Shown here: positions 26,301-40,034 of the stretch, in pieces
How the letters are laid out: every line of letters begins with the position of its first letter
Numbering within the stretch: the stretch's first letter is position 1
Assembly: GCF_018977255.1 (NCBI RefSeq)
Contig: NW_024704743.1
Location: 61,320,001-61,384,000, forward strand
Reading direction: 5' to 3'
Length of the DNA: 64,000 nucleotides
Source: Callorhinchus milii
Taxonomy: Eukaryota
The notes under the pieces: generated by a model
The model's database searches: none
Told to the model about the DNA's origin: nothing
Seen by the model: only the letters and a program-made list of their open reading frames with translations
Made by a program: the position numbers and the translations under genes

Positions 26301-26419
26301 AAAATGTTTTTTTGTAAGTAAGAAAATTTGTGAAACGAAGGGGAGAAAATACATTCCATTACATTGTGCGGCTAAGTATATATATTTTGGGACTCAAATG
26401 TGTGTATATGTCTCATAAG

Positions 26420-26477
26420 CACGAACGCACGCACGCACACACACACACGCATACACACACATACACACCCACACACA
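26420..26477. repeat. (CA)n-type microsatellite
   Basis: gcacgcacacacacacacgcatacacacacatacacacccacacac. Confidence 0.85.
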
Positions 26478-27008
26478 GGTCAGTAGACGTCTCTGGACAA
26501 TAATCTAATGGGAGCTCCTAATGACCATGTAAGAGGAAGGTGCTCCTTAATTAACAATATAGGAATAAAAGTGTGATAGTTGGTATTCTAGAAGGATAAG
26601 GTAAAATTGATGAAAGGACCCTCTTCATCCAAACTTCTTTTGTGGCCTTGTGATATGTGACAGTTATCAAGAAAATATAAGCCTGTCTTGACCATGGGTG
26701 TTTCACTTAATGACCAACGCAGCCTGACTTAAACATTTCTGCTTTCTGCTGCTCCCAATCTCTGAATGGTGATTTAGTGCAGCTATAAATAGCTTTACCT
26801 AACTGGTATCTTGTTAGGTGACATTTAACCATTGGCCCCGGTGCCTAGAAAAGCCATGCAACTAGAGAAGACTGGAAGTTACTTATCAATCTGTCACATG
26901 AAATCTGTTGAAAATTCCTCTCGCTTCTTTATACAGGCTGTACCTTCAGACTGCCTGATAATTTTCTTACTACTTTCAGATTGTTTCTGATTCTAGAAAT
27001 ATGCACTA

Positions 27009-27197
<189 letters not shown>

Positions 27198-29680
27198 TTA
27201 GTTTAACAAGGTCATTCTCTGTTTCTTTCTACGTTATTATATTGTCTTTGCTATATGATTAATGACCAAATATTGGCCAGCTCTCTTCAGGGATTCCTGA
27301 TGGACTCCTTAAATAGATTTGCACAAGAGGCATTAGCGCCTGCCACAAGATCTGATCAAATTTGGTACTGCAACTTTTCATGTATTATACATATTTTGAA
27401 CATGAAAATAAAATATGGAGACCTCGTACTTTCAGTCTCTTAAATGTAGCAAACTGTGAAACAAGATAAGTAAGTGAAGCGTGCGACAGCTGGTCAAAAC
27501 ATTCCAGGAAACAAAAGCCCAAACACATTTTTGATATGCAAATGATTTGAAAGTAAATGTGAACTTAATTATTTTTGACCACAGTGTTTACAATCTCATT
27601 CTACTCACCCTACTTATTACAAATTTATACTGTATTAATTATTTTAATTAATTTCTTTCTCAGTCTAATTTCTATTGGCAACAGCTAAGGATTAATGTTG
27701 GGGTGGATAAAGTTGGGTGGTAAAGTATCCTGATATTAATCCAAGGTCACTTAACATCATTTGAACTGAGTCTGTGTGCCTGTTATGTTAAATGCATTCT
27801 CTGAAACCATGTAATTTAATGGTATTGCTGTGGTGCTGCATTTTTATTCCAGGCTCATTTTGTGAACATACATGTGATACGTGACAAAATAGTTCTGTTG
27901 GCAATGTGCACTCCACACAGGATGAAAAAAAGACCTCTATGCACAGAATACTTTGAAATTTCTGCTTACATACAACTTATAGGAAAAATAGGTTTGACTT
28001 GGCCTGTGACGTTTAAGTTGAAGAGTTTAAGTCCTCAAGGTGTCAATCCCTCACATTAACTTGCGGAATAATTCACTAGAGACAGGATTTCAACCTACTT
28101 ATTAATGTCTTTGCAAATTAATGTAACAATCTTATGGCAGATCCTGTAATTGTATCAGTTCCTTTCAGCACAGCCCCACTATTAGTTTAATTTTTTAGAT
28201 TCTTGAGACACTTCCCCAGATTGACTTGCATTTACCCATCTTAACTACCATTCATTCAGGTCCATTATGATGTCCGCTTTGGAGTCTTAAACTATTCATC
28301 TTGAGTGCATAAGAAACCCAAGATGATATTTTCACAGACAGCTTAACAGTGCGAATCAACGATCAATGGGCTAAATGGCCCTCTCTGTTCCTTGTTTAGT
28401 GTTTTAAGTGTTCAGTTCAGCCTTTCTTTAACATTCTTGTGAATGGGAGATACAGGCTAATGTGGGCTTATTTTAGTGAATGTAGGAAAGTATTTCTATC
28501 CCCTGTCTACTATTGTAGGGGTGGTGGGTGGTGAATGATTGTGCACATCATTATGATGGGAATAATGGGAATGGAACATCTTCTCATTTTAGATACTCAG
28601 ACAAAATGTCAAATCTTCTCAGGTCACCTATTACATGGATAGATACACCGTAAACAGAGTTAAAATAACCCGTTCAATGATCAGTATTAGGAAACGCACT
28701 ATGTAAAGTCAGTTGACTGTGTTCTTTTATCACTAGCAAGGTGCTAGCTGACTAAGAGGAGTGGCAGCTGCAGTGGGTACAGAGGCTGAGTGCAGGTGAA
28801 TCTTTATGAAAGAACAAAGGCACTATTCAAGTAATAAGAAATGTTTGTGTTTCTTCTTAACCCATTTTCCTTCTGCTAGTTAAGAGGAATTGGGTTAAAA
28901 AAAACACACAACTCATTGTATGAATTGCCTTAAGATATGATAGCCACTATATGAAAAACAAATATTTATTTAGTTTAAATGGTCATGCATGTAGGCCTGC
29001 CAAGTTCCACTTATTAAGAGCGACAATCAAGTACTTCAAACTAAACCAGGTTTGGTGTCTGTCACTTTGAAATCTAAGCAGAGCTTTACATATTTCACTG
29101 GGGTTGCAATCTGTCGCGCTCTTCCAGATCTTAAATCACGCTGCTCACATCTCCCATTACTGACAGCTCAGTGTCTGTACTTAATAAAATATGAAGATTT
29201 ATAAATAATCTCTGGTATCTCATTCTCAAACTTTGTAAAATGACTGTTCATCCAGGTTTTTTTTCCCAATCTATTTGAGGAACAGAAGTTAATCTTCTTC
29301 GATAATTCAGATCTCAGTGGGGCCAAAACATGGGTTCTGAACAGGCCGGAAATATAGCCTACAAAATACACAGTCACTACACTTCAGAATAAACCATGTA
29401 AAGTGATTTGAGACGTCCTCTTGACATCAAAAGATAGCTCTTAAATGAAAGGATGATTATTATTATTGCAGGCAAACCAGGGAAGAATATTCATGCAGTC
29501 CATTAATCCTGTAAAAAACAGATCGTAAAAAGAAAATACCCCCATAGAAGCATAACTTATTCCGTATGCTCACATCCACACCAAAGTTCCCTTTACTCTT
29601 GCAACAATTTGAAGGCTTACACATCAAGCTCAATAAATGTATTAGAGTAGAAATTGAGTGGCAAAGGGATTTTTTGACAG

Positions 29681-30045
29681 TGGAATCTTGTAGCTCAGTG
29701 GTTACAGCACTCGCAAGCGAGAGACCTGGGTTTGATTCCCGGCAGGGCGAAACGTTGGACAAGTTTCCTTACTCCACATGCCTCTGTTTACCTAACAGTA
29801 AGTAGGAATATGTTTGTTAATCAATTGGTGAATAGCTTTTCCAGAGTAAATAATTCCTTCAAAAAAAATATTAGTCACTCAATGACCAGGACTGTTTGTG
29901 GGACACCGCTGTGCGCAATTGGCTGCCACGTTTCACCCACAAAATACACAATCAATCCACTTTACAGTATGTTCTGTGAAGCGCTTTGAGACATCTCAAA
30001 GACATGATAAATCGCTTTATCAAATGCAAGGATTATTATTGTTAT
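29681..30045 (+). mobile_element. tRNA-derived SINE, longer variant with an extra GCCTCTGTTTACCTAACAGTAAGTAG segment
   Basis: Same head and tail as the 33040 copy, different middle. Confidence 0.85.
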
Positions 30046-30459
30046 TTTTATCTGAGTAAAGCATCACAAACAAGTCTAATTATATTCCAACCTGACAGCA
30101 TCATCCATATGTATCCTTTTCAGCAGGGATCACTGCATAATGATCAGGAGCAGGAATCCTGATTAATTATTCCTCTCTTTAGATTTGTGCATGGGTTAAC
30201 ATCATCTTCTGTAATGGCTGAGATGATCATTACTAAAAGCCCTCAACCCTGGCATCAATCTTTGCAAACCTCTACCTCCTTAATAGTTCTAGTGTTCTTA
30301 CCAATAGGGTGCCAAGAACTGCATGCAGTGCTCAACGGGGGCCTAACAAACAAATGTTAGGTATAAATTTAAATCTCTTCTTTACTTTTGTGTTTATCCT
30401 TACGGTTGAGCACCCCGTAAGCAAGTGTCTTTACACCTCCTTTACTTTTTACCCACACT

Positions 30460-30840
30460 AAATTCTGCATGCCCATCACCCCAGTCTTTGTAATGCTCCA
30501 CAGTCTCACTGTCTCCCAATGGATCAAGTACAAGTTTCTCATCCTGACCTATAAATCCCTCCACTCCTCTGCGCATTCCCTCTGCTCGGCAAACTCGGGC
30601 CAGCCACGCATCCCACACTCCTCCATGTCGCAATCAGTGGCTCAGCCTTCAGTTATTACATCCCTAACCTATGGAACTCTCTACCACTTTGCCACTTATC
30701 CCCTCTTTATCCGTCTTTAAATCCCACCTAAAACCTATCTCTGTGATCGAGCCTATGTTTACCTCCCCGTTCTCTCTTGCTCGGCGTCCATCCCTACCAC
30801 TATGAAACGCCCAAAATGATATTTTTATGTGAAGGGTGAT
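30460..30840 (+). mobile_element. Highly decayed L2 3' fragment
   Basis: ORF 30469..30720 (PITPV...IKYKFLILTYKSLH). Confidence 0.65.
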
Positions 30841-32024
30841 AAAGCACTATATCAAATGCAAGTATTATTATTATTATTAATTATTATTATTATTAAGGGT
30901 GCTTAAGGGACACAAAGGTTCTGAACTGAGGAGGTCATCATGAGTTACAACGCACGGAAAAACAATTCTGCCCAATGTTACACACAGTATAGGAATAGGA
31001 AAACAAGCACCTCAAATTAAAGTTTCATCCAAAAGATGGCACCTCTAATAATGTAGTACTCCCTTAGAACTCTACTGATGTGTCAGCTTAGACTGTGAGT
31101 TCAAAGTCCTGGTGTGAGCTTGAACCCAAACCTTCTGACTCAGAGGCAGTGTGCTATCAGCTGAGCCAAGCTGCTAACTGTCGTATCTAACTGATATGAG
31201 GGAATTAGTTTACGCTGATTATAATGACAAAAAGAATCACTATTTGTAGAAATCAGTGTGAATTAGACTAAAATACAGATAATTGTAAATAGACAGTTAA
31301 ATCAAGACAATATGTATAACTGTTATTGCATAGAAAACAGATAAACTGAGTAAGCTACAAAGATAATTCCATCCTCAGGATCAACAGTCTTGGAGGACAG
31401 GATTTTGTAACCTTAAACTGCGGTATTTAGGCAGAGTGTTATGAATTCAAACAGGATAATTAAGGTTGCTTGGTGTATTACACTTTACATAACTGGAGCA
31501 CAGACCTCACTACAGTGCTGAGCATCCCTGCGGTATTATGGGTTCTGATCGTACAAATCTTTTTTAATTGGATACCTGAGGCAATAAATATTTAGAAAGA
31601 TTTCAAATGCATGCCTTCATTAGCTGTAGCACTTTATCTGGTCTTAATTAGATAAATAAAACTAATGGATTAAACAAAGATGCACTCAGGAAAGGCACCT
31701 TAGGAGAATGTGCTTAATAACATGTATTTCATGTGCACTCAGAGCATAATGCAATATTGGTGATTGCAGGTGAGATAGTTTTGAACTACTGGATCACCCC
31801 CTTCCAACGTCACAGCAGCACTGCACTGACAGGATCAGCACTGATCTACAGCTCCTCATTTGATTTAATACTGAACAGAAACCCTCAGGGTGGCAACATC
31901 CTTCATTCAAGGACATGTTTGAGATATTTGCAAAGACAATAGAAAGTCTGGAAATTGGATTATGTTGGCCCTTTTTCTTTCCTCCACTTTCTTTCCTTCT
32001 TTCCTGAACTGGTGATCCATGCCA

Positions 32025-32345
32025 GACTACCCTTCCTCTACGCAAAAATAGTCGAACGTTTGAAGTCCGTTCATATAACTATAAACCCCAGTCATGTCCG
32101 ACCTATGTCAATTAGCTGGCAAGACCAAGACTCTTTCTCCACAACCCTGTAGTTTACTCATTTTTATATATTTATCTAGTTCCTTTTGAAATTTAATAGG
32201 GATTCTGCCTCAAGCACTGCTCCTAGCAGGACATTCCATATCCTAACAACTCTGTGTACGAAAACATTTCTTCTAACCTCCCCCAATTACTTGCTTGCTA
32301 ACTACCTTAAATTGATGCCCACTAGTTACTGATCCACTGACCAGT
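32025..32345 (-). mobile_element. Decayed CR1 3' fragment
   Basis: Similar to 41120..41420 (cattccatatcctaacaactctgtgtacgaaaacatttcttctaacctcccc). Confidence 0.6.
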
Positions 32346-33039
32346 GCTTGCAATAATAATAATTAACCTTGCATTTGATATAGAGCCATGTCACGTCTTC
32401 GAGATGTCTCAAAGCTCTTCACAGAATATACTGTAAAATGAATTAACTATATTTTAATAGGGCGATGTGTTATAACTTGAGGTGTGATTGTACGAATCCC
32501 AAATCATGTTATAACAGAGTTCATCTGTCGTTAGCGCTGCAGAGTGCTTGTTGTTACACATCAGTGACATAGCTTATTTCCACTACTACTGGTGGTATAA
32601 ATTTGGCCCCGGTAAAATTACCCTCAGGACCTTCAGAGTATATGTTGTGAATGGTGGTTCCCTCAGAGAGACTTCAAGACTGTTCTCTTATTTCATTGCT
32701 GAAATGGCAGCTATGAATTGTTTGAAAACGGTTTAGGATTTTTGTGATATCATCCTTGGTGGGAATACAAGCTTGTAATCACTCCAAGGCACTAACTGTA
32801 TTTGTCTTTCTTATACAAGAACTGGTGAATGGCTTTAAAAGATTTGCCAAGTTTCAATAAACTGATGGAACAGGCTCATTGGACAGAAGGGCCTTCTTCT
32901 GCCCCCGTTTTCTATCTTCCTATTTTAAACAGTTAAACAGTGTTTCAGTGCTGGTGAATAGAATACCAGTTTCATTCAACCCAGCAGAAAGGAAAGTGAG
33001 TCTACGCTTCGGGTCCACGACCCTTCGTCAGAACGTTCT

Positions 33040-33364
33040 GGAGTCCTGTAGCTCAGTGGTTAGAGCACTCGCTTTGCAAGCGAGAGACCTGAGTTCAATT
33101 CCAGGCAGAGGGCGAAACCTTGGGCAAGTTTCCTTACTCCACACAGAGCCTAATAATAATCCCTCCAAAAACCAAAAACAATAATAAATTGGTCATTTTC
33201 AATCTACGACTGTTTGTGGGACATTGCTGTGCGCAATTGGCTGCCGCGTTCGCCCACAAATATGCAGTCAATTCACTTTACAGTGTGTTCTGTGAAGCGC
33301 TTTGGGACGTCCTCCTGACGTGAAAAGCGCTATATCAAATGCAACGATTATTATTATTATTATT
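33040..33364 (+). mobile_element. Full-length young tRNA(Ala)-derived SINE with L2-type 3' end and (ATT)n tail
   Basis: A box TAGCTCAGTGG, anticodon arm CTCGC-TTTGCAA-GCGAG, B box GAGTTCAATTCC. Body GGGACATTGCTGTGCGCAATTGGCTGCCGCG. 3' stem-loop shared with L2. Confidence 0.92.
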
Positions 33365-33474
33365 TTGTTTCAGATTTCCAGCATCTGCAGTATTTTGTGT
33401 TTTGAAAGATAATTGTGTATTGTATCACATTTTTCATTCCAATAGATAATGAAGATATAAAACAAAGTCCTTAC

Positions 33475-33625
33475 TTATGGTTTCTATTTTTAATGTTGAA
33501 GAAGAGAAAAGCACTGGACATGAACATTCCCAAGACGGTCAGAGCGGAAAGAATACTGTACAGGGTGACGGACATCTGACGCAGCTGACGGTGTACTATC
33601 GTCCTGTCTTTCGGAGGCTCCAAAC
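33475..33625 (-). CDS. GABBR2: GABBR2 internal coding exon (151 nt, phase 1->2), (G)[49 protein letters not shown](K); stalk + TM1
   Basis: Lies within track ORF 33471..33677(-). Acceptor tttcAG at 33626-33627, donor GTAAG at 33470-33474. Confidence 0.96.
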
Positions 33626-35839
33626 CTGAAAGTGGAAAGAGGAAATTCAGTGAAAGGCAACAAACCATATTATTCACAAATAAGTGTTCAGTGTACCGTC
33701 AAGAAAATCCATTCAATTAAACAAGAGGGAAAAGGGCAATGGTAACAGAGGTGAACTATTTTCTGCCCGGCTAACCAAATCTAGGCTGCCTTACGAATGC
33801 TGCATTTACACTGAGGCAGTGAAGCCATTTCACTCCAGACACAAAGTACAAGGAAATAAAATATTTAAAGCATATAGCAAACATTTTTATAAGTTTGAAC
33901 TTTGAAAGAAGAATGGAGGAGTGATCCCAGACCGATGTGACCTGCTGGGTTTATACTGTGCAAAAAAGATCCTGAAGCCACATGGGCAAGGCAATGGTGT
34001 GATTCAAACTGGCTCAGCCCTTGTTTATACCATAGGCTTAATTGCGAATCGTTACCATAATGGTTGTGAATCATTGCCGGATGCACACCAGAAATGCAGT
34101 TCACCCACAAAACACCCAGTGACTACACTTTACAATCAGTATATGCTGTGAAGCATTAGCCATGTCATCCTAATGTGAAAGGCACTATAATCAAATGTAA
34201 GGATTATTATTGTAATTATAGTATGAATCAAAGACTTCATCCACCTGACTCCAGCCATTTAATTCTCAAAAGGTTTACTTTTTTTTGGAGCTGCCTTCAA
34301 ACAACCTCTTAAATACCATATGACAAAAGCACATTATATTTATGATATTTCCAAGGTAACTGTAGGAGTTTCTTAAACTCCTGGTGAGAACAGCCCAATA
34401 AGATCATTTGTAAGTGGCTGTGTTATAAGTAGGTTACAATCAGCTTCATAAGTGGATATATTTAATACCATTTTCTGTCCATATTCTAATCCTTAAAACC
34501 CAACAAAATTGACCAAAATTGCTTTGTACCATCGCAAAGTTATGGTGGAATTTCCATGCGAGTGTTACGAAAAGAGTAACACGGCATGAGGGGCAGCTGT
34601 AGTGTAGTTTAGCTGTGACCTCTGAATCCAGAGATATATTAATGACCTGAAAAAGAGCAACAAGTATATTTGTTTTAAATGTTAAAATGGCCGGCATTGT
34701 GGACTGACATGCTGCATAAACAATAACTACACTTATTTGGTGTCATTCAGTGAATGTTGCTCTACAGGCAGACATCATACCTAATTTGCACCAGCGATGT
34801 CCTACAAATAACAACGAGGTAAATCTTAAATTTGGGATGAAATTAAATGAGGAGGGAGTATAAATCAGAGTAACTGGAGAAAATGTCACATTTCTTTGAA
34901 ATAGAGGCAGCAGGGGTAAGGTGGCTTAATGTCTAGATGAATTATAAGGCAAATAGAACCTAATATCTTCACAGGGAAGGCAGACTGCGTCATTGGTGAG
35001 ATGTAGTCACCTCATGACACTGGTTATATTAAGACATTTTCAACAAAAAAATTGAACTTTAGGAAGCGTTTTACAGTCTGTGAAGGTCACCTAAAAATAT
35101 TTTGTCAGGATGGAATTGTAGTCAGGTGACTTATTTCCAATGGAATTTATCTGCATAATTTATAAGCAACAAAAAAGGGACTCCACAAAATAAAACAACA
35201 ATTTGCATTTATATAGCGTCATTCACACCGAATTGCGTGTTGAAGCATTTAAAATTAGGATATTTGCAAAGAGTTGAATCTAATCATGCACATTCTCATT
35301 AAACTACAATTCATTCAAAAATGTGTTTGACTTTCAGAGACCCCAATGTTTCTATGCTCTAAGCTTTAAAACTATTATCTTAAAATGTAGTGGTTGTGCA
35401 AAGTTTTGGAACATTTTTGAAACAAGAGAACGGTCTTAAGACGATGAGATGTTTCAGGCCTCTGGTTTTGTTCGCTTGCTCTGCTATTCAGAAATACCAG
35501 TGATGGTTTGCACACTCTGAAGAGAATGAAATGAAAAAATTGACGTTTCATAAAAGATTTGAAGTGATATTTATCACATCAAATTTGTTACAAAAAGTCC
35601 CTTTTTTTCTTCCAGTAATGGAATTGGCGCCTAAGGTAATTGGAATTAGGGGACATTTTAATGAAATCACATTTCAAGTAAATGGCTGATGAATCACCTG
35701 TTAAAATGGTACTTTGCACTGTGAATAAGAAGCAGCCAGTCACCAGCACTGCTACACACACGGCTGCAGCTCAGGTCAAGGTTTGTACTAAGACAAAGCC
35801 AGATATATTTCACACATCCACGTGACAATGGCAACTAAA

Positions 35840-36082
35840 GGCCCCCAAACCATTGTCTTAAAATTTAATATAATGTAGAATTTTGGAATAATAGTCTTCA
35901 ATTTCCTCAACGCAGTCTTATTTCAGAAACTGGCTTTCCTCATTTTCTTCAGTACTCAAAAGGAACTGTGGAAAATTAGCCTCTATCTTAACACTGATTC
36001 AAGACTTGTTTTCAAAATACCCCACAATCTTAAATTTTAAGACAATGGTCTTAAGCCAAAGAACATAAACGATTCTGGGCCC
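35840..36082. mobile_element. Palindromic MITE-like element with GGCCC termini (possibly PIF/Harbinger-derived)
   Basis: Perfect 20-bp inverted repeat ACCATTGTCTTAAAATTTAA (35849-35868) / TTAAATTTTAAGACAATGGT (36030-36049). Related ends at ~24531, 35340-35462 and 19300. Confidence 0.6.
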
Positions 36083-36365
36083 CATGTTTCCCAGGGAGCA
36101 CTGACTTAGGTGTCAGCTTGGGTCAGTCTGTTTGTTCAGATGGACCTTAAAGAACCCATGGCACTATTCAAGCTGAATTTCACCCAGGTGTCATGACCAA
36201 CGTTGCCCAGGATAATAGGGCATTCCACTTGTGCCTGTTGTGCGGTCTTGATGTGTGCAAAATAACTGCTATGATTCCCTATGAAAAAGTTTCTACACCT
36301 GACAGCAATAACTTAAATACTTTGAGGCATTTCCTCGTGCTATAAATAGGCATTCATTGTCTTAC

Positions 36366-36446
36366 CTTGAAACCTGAGGGTATCATTAATTAGCTCCAAT
36401 GAGTCAGCGATAGCATTATATTCTCCAACTTTCACTTCGACTTTAT
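36366..36446 (-). CDS. GABBR2: GABBR2 internal coding exon (81 nt, phase 1->1), (D)[26 protein letters not shown]
   Basis: Resembles GABBR2 [27 protein letters not shown]. Acceptor ttctttgcAG at 36447-36448, donor GTAAG at 36361-36365. Confidence 0.95.
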
Positions 36447-39400
36447 CTGCAAAGAAAGAGGGTGCATGTCACTTAGCATTCCAACAACTTGCTACAATGC
36501 ATTAAGCAATAGTCAGTGCTGCTGCAAAAAAATTCAACTGTGAAACATTATCAATGTAATGACAGTGTTAAGAAGCTGCAAGTTGACAAACGGTTAAAAA
36601 CTGTACCATTGATTACATCAAATGTAAATAACCTGTACTTCTCCACCATCTGCTGCGTTTCAGCCAGGCAACAGTAATCCCCATTTTAGTTTAAATGGTT
36701 TGGGATCTATTTTGAATATGCATAAATAAGCCATCAAATCAGACAAATTAGGTTCTCATGCATCTGTTGCCAGGTTAACTTGTCGCAAGGTATGGATTTC
36801 AATTTCTCATTGAGATGCCCATTTATATCTGTCAAGGTGTGTGCCCGATTACTTTCCTGATGGATCACTGGCAAGCTAAATCGACATAATCTGACATGCT
36901 AGAGAATCCTGAAATAACTTGGAATTGGAGACAAGGAATTTCATGCACTGATCTTGAGATTAATTCAAAACAATCACCATAGTGAATGGTTTTAGCCTAT
37001 AAATAGTAATGTGCACATTTATTGGTAAACACCTGCAGATAAATAATGCTAGCTGAAGGGCATACAGAGAAACCAATGGAATGGGATTACATTAGATAGG
37101 TGAATAAGGAAGCTGGCACTCGTCTACACAATGGGAAATTACTTTTTCCAGGCAATAACATTACATACTTCTAAGTCATACCTGTCAACAATAACAACCA
37201 CAACGTGCTTTTACATAGCGCCCTTCTCACAGGGTAACGGCTCAGAGTCAAGGTCGAAGTCACCATTGAATGCTACAATCCATGACTCAGAAGTCAAATG
37301 CCCATAGTAACTTCATAGATGATATCACTGAGGGTCTCAGGGCCTCGTCACTCATAGCTGGATAATTCATATCTAGCAGATCAGCAATTTGTAAATTTGA
37401 ATGGCAAGTTAGGTCCATTGTATGAGACTGACATCCAGGATGGAGTTCCATAGAGCGGGGGCATATATGCTCAAGGTCTGATGTTGAGATGGGTAATAAT
37501 AATCCTTGCATTTGATATAGCGCCTTATACGTCATTGAGACGTCTCAAAGCATTTCACAGAATATATTGTAAGGTGGAGTGACTGTATTTTGTGGTTGAA
37601 AAGGCAGAGTACATGTAGCAGGCCATGCCCACTAAGCAGAGGGAGCGGCCAGGTTGGTAGGGTTCCTCGCATTAATCAATATCTGTCTTCAACTTGCAGA
37701 AGATCAGACCATATTTCTGTCGACATGTAGTGGCAAGTCTCCAAGGTCAGACATTCAAAGACAACATGATCTGAGTGTACCCCTGTTTTACATATGAAGG
37801 AATTTTATCTCCTTTGGGTATGAATCAAAAGACTGGCAGAAAAACTGCATTTTTCATTTTGACAGAACTCAATACTGGAATGTAGCTTCTATGTGAGGCA
37901 TTATACAGATGTCCCTTGAGTTATTGTATACGTGTACATGTACCTCTTCAGATGTAAATGGCTGCAATCTTTTTCAAAATGTTCATCAAAGTAACTGGGC
38001 ATCATATTTGGTAAATTATTCGACATCAGAGCAATAATGTATCGAGAACCTCAAAACATCATTTATTTTGGAAGAATATTACAAAGAGCAGCTGTCATTC
38101 AGCAAAGTCCACTTCCTGTCATTCTCCAAGCTAAGTTTGGTTGACAGGCATATTGCACTTGTGATAACCAAGATGACTGACACCCGTGGGGAAATCACTT
38201 GTAATATGATAATTCTGAGAAAAACACAAAAACATGTTTAAAACATTCCTCAAATTAATCAACATCTGGCTGACTAATGAGATTTTGTGGTATCTTTTTC
38301 AACTGGCAGAAGATCAGACCTTGCCTCTGTCAACATACATGCCAATTCTCTATGATCAGATGTTCAAAGACTATGTGATCTGTGTGTAGCTATAGAACCA
38401 TAGACAGTTACAGCACAGGGAAGGCTTTTTTAGCCCATTGCGTCCGTGCTTGCACTTTGAAAGTACAATCCATTCAGTCCGATTTACCTGCCATTCCCCC
38501 TACTGCTACCTCACTCTATGTAAAAGGTTTTACTGTATATATATCAAAAATTAGATTTCATTCCAGCAACATGCTTCCTTTTAAGATAATGAAGTGCCAA
38601 GTGCTCCATTTAATCCTGGGTCCCGGATAGCAATTTAACTGTGAAAATTAAAGGAAGGCAAATGGTAGCTTTTAAAGATTGAATAAATAAGGATACAAGT
38701 TAGAATTAGGAGAACATAGTAGTGTGAAAAGGAGTGTAAGTTAAAATTTAAAAAAAGGTAAGGGAGAGTGAAGAAAATTGAATAAAGCGGACAAATCCAT
38801 GTAAATTAAAATGTTTGCATTATTTATTCTCGATAGTTTTTACATTTTTAGTCTTCAGGGTAAAAAAAAAGCTTTTTCTGATATTTGAGTAGTGTTATTA
38901 GTATAAGAATATTTCTGCAGTATCACAGTGTGTGGGCCCCCCAGAGGTGATTCTATTGTACTTGCTGGCAATCTTGGGATTAAAATATGCTCCAGTTAAA
39001 CAGTTTCAAATACTATGAGTCTGAGTTGCATCCAAATACTTTAATCTTTAAAATGGTTGCAATTAAATCATTTAGAGAGCAATGTGATGCAACCATGCAT
39101 GTAAACATGCCAGTTTAATTTAAACTTAATCCCAGTCTGGATTATATTTCTTTGTACATATGTGGTGTCCTGAGTCAAAGCAATTTTTGAGATGGAACTA
39201 TTGGTACACCTACTCAGCAACAAAGAATTGAAGGTATTGCTTAATAAAATGGAATGAAATAATTGAAATACCAACCATTCAGGCCTCACAATATTATATA
39301 ATATAATAATCCTTGCATTTGATGTAGCGCCTTATTACAATGTTCAGACAGTTCAAAGAGCTTCACAGAATATACTGTAAAGTGAATTGATTGTATATTT

Positions 39401-40034
39401 GTGGGCGAAACGCGGCAGCCAAGTGCGCACTATTGGATGCAATTATCAAACCACAGTCAGTTTGGTAAATTTTACGAATATACATTCTGAATAGAATGCT
39501 CTCTGCAGACAATATATTTTTAAGTTTATTTTTTACATGGATATTTGGGTAGCATTGTTTTGTGTTGCGTCTTATCCCTATCTTCCTTCTGCCTGTTCTT
39601 CAGGTGAGCATTAAAGATACTGTTTGGAAAGAGAAGAAGGGGGTTCTTCCAGTGTCTTGGTCAACAATCCTTCAGATAAATTGATAATTCACTTCATGAC
39701 TGTCTGTGGGATTTTGCCGATCCAGATGACTGCCTTTTATTCCTTCTAAAAAAGGTCATTATTTGATATTAATTATCTGTGAAGAGTTTAGAGAAATTTT
39801 GACATAAATTGCTTTAAAAACATAATTCTTTCTTCCTCTGGCTGGTTGTCAGAGTCTGTAGCAACACACTACCCCCAAACTGCTACCAATTCCCAGTAAT
39901 TGGGTGCCAGAGGCAAAGGGAATGCCCAGCTTGGCTCTCCTCTGCTGGTACATATCACAGTCTCTAGTCAGTCCCTCTTCACTGGTCAAACTCAGATTAG
40001 GAGGTGAGTGGAACGCTACACAAACCTGCATTTT

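Noticed and set aside
32462..32530. Tigger/pogo-like terminal fragment (GTTATAAC motifs)
   Set aside because: Only short motif resemblance; no matching second TIR or TA TSD could be identified.
33040..33115. tRNA-Ala(TGC) gene
   Set aside because: The D and anticodon arms and A/B boxes are present, but acceptor and T stems pair poorly and the sequence continues into a multi-copy SINE body. It is a SINE head.
38100..38232. Cryptic GABBR2 exon after a strong minus-strand acceptor (GTTTTTCTCAG)
   Set aside because: No convincing donor or homology, and the neighbouring exons already join in frame.
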